The notes under the pieces were generated by a model, which did not search any database, had not been told where the DNA came from, and worked only from the letters and a program-made list of their open reading frames with translations. Position numbers and translations under genes: made by a program. 64,000 nucleotides of DNA from an uncultured Flavobacteriales bacterium (GTDB lineage Bacteria > Bacteroidota > Bacteroidia > Flavobacteriales_D > Sanyastnellaceae), in NCBI GenBank assembly GCA_965659115.1, contig CBFHUP010000005.1, positions 257 through 64,256 of the forward strand, given 5' to 3'. The first letter of the stretch is position 1. Each line of letters begins with the position of its first letter. Of the stretch, positions 46,490 through 53,888 are shown piece after piece.

Positions 46490-47362
46490 GTGTCAGAGGT
46501 TAAATCTGTGTTGAGCTTTTCTGGTTTTGAACCTTGGAGGACGTACCTAAATGGCGCGTTTATGCAGGCTCCTGACATCTTGTTTGTGCCCACTATGGGG
46601 GCGTTGCATGCCGGTCATGGGGACTTGATCCGAGCGGCGAGAAAATGGGCGGATGGTTGCGGCGGCAGGCCCACCCACGTTGTGGTGAGCATCTTCATCA
46701 ACCCTACCCAGTTTGACGAAGAGTCCGACTTTTCATCTTATCCGACAAGCCCTGAAGAAGACGCAGTTTTGGCGGCGGATGCGGGGGCCGATGCGGTGGT
46801 CTTTCCTTCGGTCATCGAAATGTACCCTCAAGGCGTTCCCAGTTCCGTCGACCCCGTCCATTACGGGGCCTTGACCGACACCCTGGAAGGGGCAAAACGG
46901 CCAGGTCATTTTGACGGCGTGGTGGCTGTGGTGAGGAATTTGATGGAAAAGGTCCGTCCCCGTTGGGCTTTTTTTGGTGAGAAGGACTGGCAGCAGTTGG
47001 CCGTGATTCAAAGGCTGATCGAGTTTGAGTTTGAAGGAATGGAGGTTGTTCCGGTGCCGACCAGAAGAGAGCAGAGCGGTTTGGCGATGAGTTCTCGAAA
47101 CCAGAGGTTGTCTGGTTCTCTGCGCCGTGATGCTGCAGCGCTGTACGCAGCGTTGATTCGGGTCGCTAAAAGCACAGATCCGCAGGCCGAAAGCCTTCAG
47201 GCTGCCGCTGACTTGGAGTCGTTGGGCTTTGAAGTAGAGTATTTGGAGGTGGTTCAAGAAGGTTCATTGGAGCCTGAATGGGTGCCTGGAGAAATGCGTG
47301 TGTTTGTCGCTGCGCGTTGGGGTGGCGTTCGGTTGATCGACAACGTTTCATGCCTCCAATGA
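46490..47362 (+). CDS. panC: Pantoate--beta-alanine ligase
   Basis: Motifs are VPTMGALHAGHGDLI, VSIFINPTQF and GHFDGVVAVV. The later Met at 46562 would leave too short an N-terminus. Confidence 0.9.
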   Translation: MSEVKSVLSFSGFEPWRTYLNGAFMQAPDILFVPTMGALHAGHGDLIRAARKWADGCGGRPTHVVVSIFINPTQFDEESDFSSYPTSPEEDAVLAADAGADAVVFPSVIEMYPQGVPSSVDPVHYGALTDTLEGAKRPGHFDGVVAVVRNLMEKVRPRWAFFGEKDWQQLAVIQRLIEFEFEGMEVVPVPTRREQSGLAMSSRNQRLSGSLRRDAAALYAALIRVAKSTDPQAESLQAAADLESLGFEVEYLEVVQEGSLEPEWVPGEMRVFVAARWGGVRLIDNVSCLQ

Positions 47363-47462
47363 GCTGAGTTTTTGTGCAGTGAGACGGTCATTTGCGCAAC
47401 TTGGCTTTCTCCTTGTTTCGAGATGACGTGTTTTCGCCGAACTTGGCACCAAAATCCACAGC

Positions 47463-47633
47463 ATGGGAGCCATTGGACCTACACAAGTCATTCTGATTGT
47501 CCTCGTGATATTGTTGCTTTTTGGAGGCCGCAAGATTCCAGAACTCATGCGCGGTTTGGGCCGTGGTGTGAAGGAATTTAAGGACGCGACGCAGGAAGAC
47601 GGCAAGGGACAGGATGAGGACGGCAAAGGGTAG
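47463..47633 (+). CDS. tatA: Twin-arginine translocase subunit TatA/E (56 aa; below the ORF-track cut-off)
   Basis: Hand translation gives MGAIGPTQVILIVLVILLLFGGRKIPELMRGLGRGVKEFKDATQEDGKGQDEDGKG*. This has the canonical TatA TM helix, the FGG(R/K)K(I/L)PEL hinge and an amphipathic helix. Confidence 0.88.
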   Translation: MGAIGPTQVILIVLVILLLFGGRKIPELMRGLGRGVKEFKDATQEDGKGQDEDGKG

Positions 47634-48909
47634 AACAACCCTTTCATTTTGGGCACACCTGCCCTCGATCTTCATGGTCGTTTTGTCACACGATGCGGCA
47701 GCAGTCCAGCCATTGATGCAGGACTCCCTGACTTCAAAGGTGGACAGCACGGTGTATTCTGACGCGTTTCTTTTGGCGGCCCGTGCCGACTCTATGTGGT
47801 TGGATTGGTGCGCAGAAGTGCATTGTCTGAGCACCGACAGTGCCATTTGGTATGCTGGTACATCCAGCAAATCCCTGTCGCGTGATCTGGATACCGTTGC
47901 TGTCGTGCAGGCGTTGAATGACCTTGACGGCAGAACGCCCTTGGATTTGAGCCCAAATGGTGCCGTGCTGGATCGCGTCGTTTTTATGATGCGGAACCGG
48001 CCCCGTTTTCTAGGAAAAATGATGGGCCGTTCGGTGCAGTATTTCCCTCTGTTTGAAGAGGCGTTGGACCGGCACAATCTGCCGTTAGAATTGAAATACC
48101 TCCCCGTATTGGAGAGTGGGTTGAATCCTTTGGCCCGCAGTGGTGCTGGGGCAACGGGGCTATGGCAGTTCATGTATGCTACGGGCCGGAGCCAGAAGCT
48201 GGCGATCAACAGTTGGGTGGATGAACGTCGGGACCCTTTGTCATCTACCGAGGCGGCTTGCCGTTTCCTCAAGCGGTTGAGCGATATCTATGACGGGGAC
48301 TGGCATTTGGCCTTGGCAGCTTACAATGCTGGACCTGGCAACGTAAACAAAGCCATTCGCCGTTCTGGATCGCGTGACTTTTGGAAGGTGCGCCGGTTTT
48401 TGCCTCGGGAGACGGCCAAGTATGTGCCTTCGCTGATTGCATTGGTTTACCTCTTTGAGCACCCTGTGGATGCGGGACTTGTCCCGAGTCAACCGTTGGC
48501 CCCCAGCTTCACTTTGGATACGGTCATGTTGAGGCGAAACGTGAGGTTTGATCAAGCTGCACGGGCGATGGGCCGGCCAGTGGCTGAGGTGGCACAGTTG
48601 AACCCCCAATACAGAAAGGAGCTGATTCCCGGTGGGGTGGATGGCGGCTGGCCTTTGGTGCTTCCCGTTGATGTGATCGGACCGTTTTTGGACGCCCTGC
48701 CTGAGGCTTTGGAATGGGAGGCAGACAAGACACCGGAGGTCAGTTTTGAGCCAGAGGTTACAGTCTATCGGGTGCGTTCGGGTGATGTACTGGGCACGAT
48801 CGCCGAAAAGCACGGGGTCAGCATCCGAGAATTGAGGTCTTGGAACGGACTGAAAGGAGACATGATTCGGGCGGGTCAAAAACTATACATCCATGCAGAT
48901 CCTCGCTAA
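47614..48909 (+). CDS. Lytic murein transglycosylase (MltD-like): SLT domain plus C-terminal LysM
   Basis: The SLT motifs are PVLESGLNPLARSGAGATGLWQFM and AYNAGPGNV. The LysM motif is YRVRSGDVLGTIAEKHGVSIRELRSWNGL. The signal-like N-terminus overlaps the tatA 3' end by 20 nt. Confidence 0.85.
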   Translation: MRTAKGRTTLSFWAHLPSIFMVVLSHDAAAVQPLMQDSLTSKVDSTVYSDAFLLAARADSMWLDWCAEVHCLSTDSAIWYAGTSSKSLSRDLDTVAVVQALNDLDGRTPLDLSPNGAVLDRVVFMMRNRPRFLGKMMGRSVQYFPLFEEALDRHNLPLELKYLPVLESGLNPLARSGAGATGLWQFMYATGRSQKLAINSWVDERRDPLSSTEAACRFLKRLSDIYDGDWHLALAAYNAGPGNVNKAIRRSGSRDFWKVRRFLPRETAKYVPSLIALVYLFEHPVDAGLVPSQPLAPSFTLDTVMLRRNVRFDQAARAMGRPVAEVAQLNPQYRKELIPGGVDGGWPLVLPVDVIGPFLDALPEALEWEADKTPEVSFEPEVTVYRVRSGDVLGTIAEKHGVSIRELRSWNGLKGDMIRAGQKLYIHADPR

Positions 48910-49981
48910 AACCAGAGCTTTTATGATGGCTGCGCGCATGGCAACGGTGTTCAGCGCGGTGTGGATGGCGGTTTGGCTCACGGGCTGCGGAGGGCCAGAG
49001 GTGCCACAAACAAAGGCAGAGCGTTATGCGCTGTTGCCAGGTAAGCTGGGGCCCAGTGGCGAAGTGGTCATGGTCGTGTCCAAGCCCATGTGGGACCGTG
49101 GGATTGGCGATGTGGTGGACAGTTTGTTTGCCAACCCTGTGCGCGTATTGCCCCAATTTGAGCCGAGGTTCGATGTATTGAGGTTGGACCCAGAGGAGTT
49201 TGACCGCTTTTGGAAGCCCCACCGCAACCTCGTCATCTTCGACATTGAGGACCGCATTGACACCCAAGAACCCCAATTGACGGTGTACCGCAACCGTTAT
49301 GCGAAGGGGCAGATTTACACCGAAATAAAAGCCAAAAACGTGGCGGGCGCCATTGCGGCCTTGATCAGCGCAGAAGGCGGACTCATGCTGGCCGACCTGC
49401 TCGAGGCAGAGGAGGCCAAGCGCTACGGCGAATTGGTGGCACTGGACCGCAATGGGCCATTGGAGTTGGAGTTGCAGCGCAAACACGGTTTGAGCGCTGT
49501 GTTGCCACGGGATGCCCGATTGGTGTCGAGTGCTGGAGGGTTTTGTTGGATTGAGCGGTCATTGACCCGCATGAAAGGGGGAAGAAACCACGACGTGCAG
49601 TTGGGCATTGTGGTGCACCGTTCTCCGTATCACGGACCGGAGGATTTTTCCATGGAACGGATGCTGGCCCGCCGGGACTCGCTGTTCAAGGCCCGGGTGT
49701 CCAGTCCCAATGAAGACAGCTATATGACGACTGAATATCGGCTGCCGCCGTTGTACGAGGAGGTGTCGTTTCGCGGAGGTTTTGCTGCGACCATGAGGGG
49801 GCTTTGGCGCATGGAGGGCGACTTCATGGGGGGGCCTTGGACTTCGATCGCGTGGGTGGATGGAGAACGCGGCCAATTGGTGACGGTAGACGGCTATGTC
49901 TACGCCCCTTATTTTGGGAAACGCGAGTATTTGAGGGCGTTGGAAGCCACGGTGCGTTCTTTTGCACCTGTCAAAAAATAG
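48893..49981 (+). CDS. DUF4837-like lipoprotein
   Basis: The lipobox is VWLTGCGG. The block LPQFEPRFDVLRLDPEEFDRFWKPHRNLVIFDI is as I recall for DUF4837. The family call is from memory. Confidence 0.65.
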   Translation: MQILAKTRAFMMAARMATVFSAVWMAVWLTGCGGPEVPQTKAERYALLPGKLGPSGEVVMVVSKPMWDRGIGDVVDSLFANPVRVLPQFEPRFDVLRLDPEEFDRFWKPHRNLVIFDIEDRIDTQEPQLTVYRNRYAKGQIYTEIKAKNVAGAIAALISAEGGLMLADLLEAEEAKRYGELVALDRNGPLELELQRKHGLSAVLPRDARLVSSAGGFCWIERSLTRMKGGRNHDVQLGIVVHRSPYHGPEDFSMERMLARRDSLFKARVSSPNEDSYMTTEYRLPPLYEEVSFRGGFAATMRGLWRMEGDFMGGPWTSIAWVDGERGQLVTVDGYVYAPYFGKREYLRALEATVRSFAPVKK

Positions 49982-49987
49982 ACCTGT

Positions 49988-50422
49988 ATGAAGCACATCA
50001 TTCACTACACATTGCGGGCAGATGGCCCCGAAGGCGAGATCATCGAAGCCACAGTACCAGAGGAGCCCTTTGCGTTTAGCGGGGGATCAGAAGAGGTACT
50101 GGATGAGTTGGAGGCGGCCGTGTCGGCTGCCAAAATTGGGGACCGTTTCGATTTGCTTGTGCCCTTTGACAAGGCTTACGGTCCAGAAATGGAAGGTGCC
50201 TTTGCCGTGTTGCCCAAAGCGCAATTTGTGGATGACGACGGCTTTGATGAAAGTGTGATGGCAGAAGGTGAGGTGGTCGTGATGCGAGACGATGAAGGTG
50301 AAGAGGTGCATGGCGTGGTGATCCACGTGGGAGAAGAAGAGGTAGAGGTGGACTTTAACCACCCCTTGGCGGGCATTGACCTCCACTTCACGGTGCAGGT
50401 CATGGCGCGTGAAGACGAGTAA
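49988..50422 (+). CDS. FKBP-type peptidyl-prolyl isomerase, SlyD-like
   Basis: The 144-aa acidic protein is split by an IF-domain-like insert, with VDFNHPLAG..LHF at the end. Confidence 0.8.
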   Translation: MKHIIHYTLRADGPEGEIIEATVPEEPFAFSGGSEEVLDELEAAVSAAKIGDRFDLLVPFDKAYGPEMEGAFAVLPKAQFVDDDGFDESVMAEGEVVVMRDDEGEEVHGVVIHVGEEEVEVDFNHPLAGIDLHFTVQVMAREDE

Positions 50423-50461
50423 CCTCTCCAAGGTTATATTCGAACCTTATACTCTGATACA

Positions 50462-51349
50462 GTGACCAGTACGAGAAAGCCCAGACGCAGCAAGGCCCAT
50501 GATTTCTCTGCGCTATCCACCTCTGTGGGGGTGGCGCTGACCTTGGCGTTGTGGGGGGCCTTGGTGGCGGGCACACTGTTGGTTCAAGACCTCAAAGTGG
50601 ATTGGATGTCTTCCATGCGTGTAGAGTTGATTCTGGTTGAACCACCTTCAGACCAGCGGTCCGTTGACCTTTGGGTGCAGCAGGTTCAAGCAGATGATGC
50701 GGTGACTGAGGTCGTATATGTGGACCCTGATTCTGCAGCCCGAGAGCTTGAGTCTGAGTTGGGAGAGCCCTTTATGGACTTCTTGGGCGCCTCGCCTTTG
50801 CCGGCGGTATTGGAAGTGGCCTTGGCGCCTGAGTGGATGAGGAAATGGGGGCTTGCCGGACTGAGCGAGAAGGAGGCGGAGTGGCAGGATTTAAAAGGGG
50901 TGGCGCGGGTAGAATACCCCAGGGCCTTGCTGGCTCAATTGGATCGGGGTTTTCAAGATTGGACATACCCGGGCTTTTTGTTGGTGGCGGTGTTGATGGC
51001 CATCGTGGTGGCGCAAATCATGAATGTGGTCAGACTGAGTGTCTTTGGCCGTCGTTTTTTGATCCGCAGCATGGAGCTTGTTGGGGCGCCGCCTCATCGG
51101 ATTCGCCGGCCTTTTATTGCTGAGGCCATGGGCTATGGTGCGGTAGGAGCATTGCTGGCCTACGCTGGATTGGTGGCCGTGTTGTTGGGGGCCCGCTCTT
51201 TCCTTCCCGATGCCATGGCATCATGGGGGGCTGGGGAGTTGGGGGTCATCTTGTTGAGTCAAATGGCTGTGGGATTGGTGCTCACGGGTTTGAGCGCGCG
51301 GTGGGCGGTCAGCCGATATTTTGGAGCTCGACTCGACAAACTCATGTAG
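50462..51349 (+). CDS. ftsX: Cell-division permease-like protein FtsX (no adjacent ftsE)
   Basis: It starts at a GTG. The topology is one N-terminal TM helix, a periplasmic domain, then three C-terminal TM helices (FtsX-like). The gene lies in an ftsX-DUF3098-uppP arrangement. Confidence 0.78.
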   Translation: MTSTRKPRRSKAHDFSALSTSVGVALTLALWGALVAGTLLVQDLKVDWMSSMRVELILVEPPSDQRSVDLWVQQVQADDAVTEVVYVDPDSAARELESELGEPFMDFLGASPLPAVLEVALAPEWMRKWGLAGLSEKEAEWQDLKGVARVEYPRALLAQLDRGFQDWTYPGFLLVAVLMAIVVAQIMNVVRLSVFGRRFLIRSMELVGAPPHRIRRPFIAEAMGYGAVGALLAYAGLVAVLLGARSFLPDAMASWGAGELGVILLSQMAVGLVLTGLSARWAVSRYFGARLDKLM

Positions 51350-51401
51350 GTTCGGGACCCGGCTGTCGCACAGCCTAGAAAGAGGTCTTATTTTCGCACA
51401 C

Positions 51402-51668
51402 ATGAGCACGTCGACCAACCTGCATGAAGGACGCAATGCGTTTCCTTTTGAGCGCCGCAATTATCTGTTCTTTTTGATGGGCATCGCACTCCTGGTTGTG
51501 GGTTACCTGCTCATGAGTGGAGGCGGGGTTGAAGACCCCAATGAATTCTCCGAGGCCATTTTTAGTGCCCGCCGCATTACCCTGGCGCCGCTGACGGTGA
51601 TGGCTGGATATGGGATCATTTTCTACAGCATTCTCAAGCGTTTCCCCCCTGAGAAAGCAGAGGCTTAA
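51402..51668 (+). CDS. DUF3098-like small two-TM membrane protein
   Basis: The sequence is FERRNYLFFLMGIALLVVGYLLMSGG...ITLAPLTVMAGYGIIFYSIL. The TAATG junction overlaps the uppP start by one base. Confidence 0.65.
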   Translation: MSTSTNLHEGRNAFPFERRNYLFFLMGIALLVVGYLLMSGGGVEDPNEFSEAIFSARRITLAPLTVMAGYGIIFYSILKRFPPEKAEA

Positions 51669-52468
51669 TGGAAATTTGGGAGGCCATCCTGTTGGGAGTG
51701 GTCCAAGGTTTGACCGAGTTTTTGCCGGTGAGCAGCTCGGGTCACTTGGAGTTGGGCAAAGCCCTTCTTGGCATTGAAGAAGCGGGTCTTGCTTTCAGTG
51801 TGGTGGTGCACGGTGCCACTGCGTTGAGTACAATTGTGGTTTTCAGAAGTGACATTGTGGGACTGGTGAAGGGCCTGCCGAGTGTCTCTGCAGAAGGTGA
51901 GGAGGCAAGGACTTTTGCGGCTTACGTGCTCTGGTCTATGTTGCCTTTGGCGGTGGTTTACATCTGGTTTATGGACGACTTAGAGGCGCGATTGGACGGC
52001 CATATTGAGGCGGTTGGTGCGGCCTTGATGCTGACCAGTGCACTCCTGTTTTGGGCCCACCGCAGTGGCCACCGTGGAGGGCGGTTGGGCTGGTTGTCGG
52101 TGTTGTTGATTGGGTGCGCTCAGGCGGTCGCTGTATTGCCAGGCATCAGCCGAAGTGGCGCGACCATTTCGGCAGCATTGCTCTTGGGCATTGACCGAAG
52201 TGAGGCGGCGCGGTTCAGTTTTTTGATGGTTCTACCCCCAATCCTTGGGGCGACCGCACTCGAGGTAATGGACCTCATTGAAGAACCCGCAATGCTGGCG
52301 TCTGTCTCGGTCACGGCTTTGTTGGCGGCTGCATTGGCGGCTTTTTTAAGCGGACTCTGGGCGTGTCGAACCATGATCAACTTGGTGAAGCGCAATGGAT
52401 TCATGGGGTTCGCCGTTTACTGCGCAGCTGTTGGTGCTCTTGCCATCGGCCTTTCATGGATTTCTTGA
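51668..52468 (+). CDS. uppP: Undecaprenyl-diphosphate phosphatase
   Basis: Motifs are GLTEFLPVSSSGHL and PGISRSGATI. The 266-aa product is a polytopic membrane protein. Confidence 0.93.
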   Translation: MEIWEAILLGVVQGLTEFLPVSSSGHLELGKALLGIEEAGLAFSVVVHGATALSTIVVFRSDIVGLVKGLPSVSAEGEEARTFAAYVLWSMLPLAVVYIWFMDDLEARLDGHIEAVGAALMLTSALLFWAHRSGHRGGRLGWLSVLLIGCAQAVAVLPGISRSGATISAALLLGIDRSEAARFSFLMVLPPILGATALEVMDLIEEPAMLASVSVTALLAAALAAFLSGLWACRTMINLVKRNGFMGFAVYCAAVGALAIGLSWIS

Positions 52469-52473
52469 GTAAC

Positions 52474-53010
52474 ATGCCACGCTTCTCTTTGACTTTACTG
52501 ACCGTTGTGTTGGCGTTGGCCTCGTGTACACCGAAGGTGCAATTTTCCGAGCCCATGCCTCCAGGACGGATCAACCTCCCCAACATCCCCAAGGCGATGC
52601 GGGGGGTGATCATGGATGACGGTGACCCAATGGTGATTGGGAAGGACACGTTGTGGACGGGAGAAGAGGTCCTGATCAATGGTGAGGACTTTCTGTTGCG
52701 CCGCATGGCGGGCCACATCATCATGAACAAGCTGGTCGAAGAAACCGGACATTGGGAGGTGATTCCAATCCGCAAGACCAAGGACAGCATGTATCTGTGC
52801 CAGTTCGACGAAGAGGACGCGTTTCTACAGCGCATGACGGCCCTGTTGGAAGTGTCGCCAGAATCTCGCTCTACGGAAGGTCAGTTCGCATATGAATACA
52901 GCTTACTGAGTCCCTCTGCAAAGGAGTTTAAGCAGATGCTTCAAGGGCGCTGGTATGCCGAAGAAGAGGGCGCGTGCCCCTTGCCAAAAGGAGGAGAGGT
53001 CAAGCCATAA
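52474..53010 (+). CDS. Hypothetical lipoprotein (178 aa)
   Basis: The lipobox is LALASCTPK. I recognise no family. The 3' end overlaps the convergent SOD gene by 11 bp. Confidence 0.5.
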   Translation: MPRFSLTLLTVVLALASCTPKVQFSEPMPPGRINLPNIPKAMRGVIMDDGDPMVIGKDTLWTGEEVLINGEDFLLRRMAGHIIMNKLVEETGHWEVIPIRKTKDSMYLCQFDEEDAFLQRMTALLEVSPESRSTEGQFAYEYSLLSPSAKEFKQMLQGRWYAEEEGACPLPKGGEVKP

Positions 53011-53755
53011 GGCCGGCCACCTCGGACCAGTTGATGCGACTCAGAATGGCCGAAACGTAGTCTGAGCGTTTGTTCTGGTAATTCAGATAATAGGCGTGTT
53101 CCCAAACGTCGATGCCGAGGATGGGCCTTCCTTGAATGCCGCTGTCCACCACGCCCGTCATCAGTGGGTTGTCTTGGTTTGGGGTGGAGGCCACAAAGAG
53201 CCTTTCGGGTTGATCGACATCTTGTACGAGCCAGGCCCAACCGGAACCGAATCGGGTTTTGGCAGCAGATGACAAGGCTTCAAGCAGGGGTTCTTGACCC
53301 CCAAATGACGATTGAATGCGGGTTGCGAGTGTGCCTGTAGGTGCAGAATTGCCTTCTTCTTGTGATGGGGTGAGCACCTTCCAGAACAACGCGTGGTTAA
53401 AGTGTCCTCCACCGTTGTTGCGAAGTCCGGTATCGGACGGTGTCAATGAGGCGAGAATGTCCTCTAGAGGTTGACCGGAAAGGGAATGTCCTGTCAATGC
53501 TGCATTGAGCTTTCTCACATAACCCGCATGGTGTTTGCCATGGTGAATGCGCATGGTTTGCTCATCGACGGCAGGTTCCAGGTCACCATAGGCATAGCCC
53601 AAATCTGGAAGGGTGAATCCGGAGGGGGAGGCTTCCGCCGCAGGACCAACGGGCCCGGGGGCACTGCCACAACCGAGGAGCGTGGAAACCAAGGGTGTTG
53701 CGATAACGCCGGCTCCGGCGAGGCTTCCAACCTTGAGAAAGGTGCGTTTGTCCAT
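53000..53755 (-). CDS. Fe/Mn-family superoxide dismutase with an export leader (Tat-like KRTFLK motif plus LLGC lipobox)
   Basis: The catalytic blocks are MRIHHGKHHAGYV, GGGHFNHALFW and DVWEHAYYLNYQN. The leader is MDKRTFLKVGSLAGAGVIATPLVSTLLGCGS. The Met at 53755 is preferred over 53818. Confidence 0.88.
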   Translation of the reverse strand: MDKRTFLKVGSLAGAGVIATPLVSTLLGCGSAPGPVGPAAEASPSGFTLPDLGYAYGDLEPAVDEQTMRIHHGKHHAGYVRKLNAALTGHSLSGQPLEDILASLTPSDTGLRNNGGGHFNHALFWKVLTPSQEEGNSAPTGTLATRIQSSFGGQEPLLEALSSAAKTRFGSGWAWLVQDVDQPERLFVASTPNQDNPLMTGVVDSGIQGRPILGIDVWEHAYYLNYQNKRSDYVSAILSRINWSEVAGLMA

Positions 53756-53888
53756 GGTGTAGGCTTTAATGGCAACAAATTGGGTCGCCTTGGCCATAAT
53801 CAAACCGCTTCTGTTCACGTTGGTTCAACGTTGGCCTGTGGACCGTAATGCAGGCGCCTAATTTCATCGGGTTGAAAGCACATCTTGA

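Noticed and set aside
47388-48272. A 294-aa minus-strand ORF spanning the tatA/mltD region.
   Set aside because: The plus strand encodes a textbook TatA and an SLT-domain transglycosylase here. The minus-strand product is Arg/Ser-rich with no motifs.
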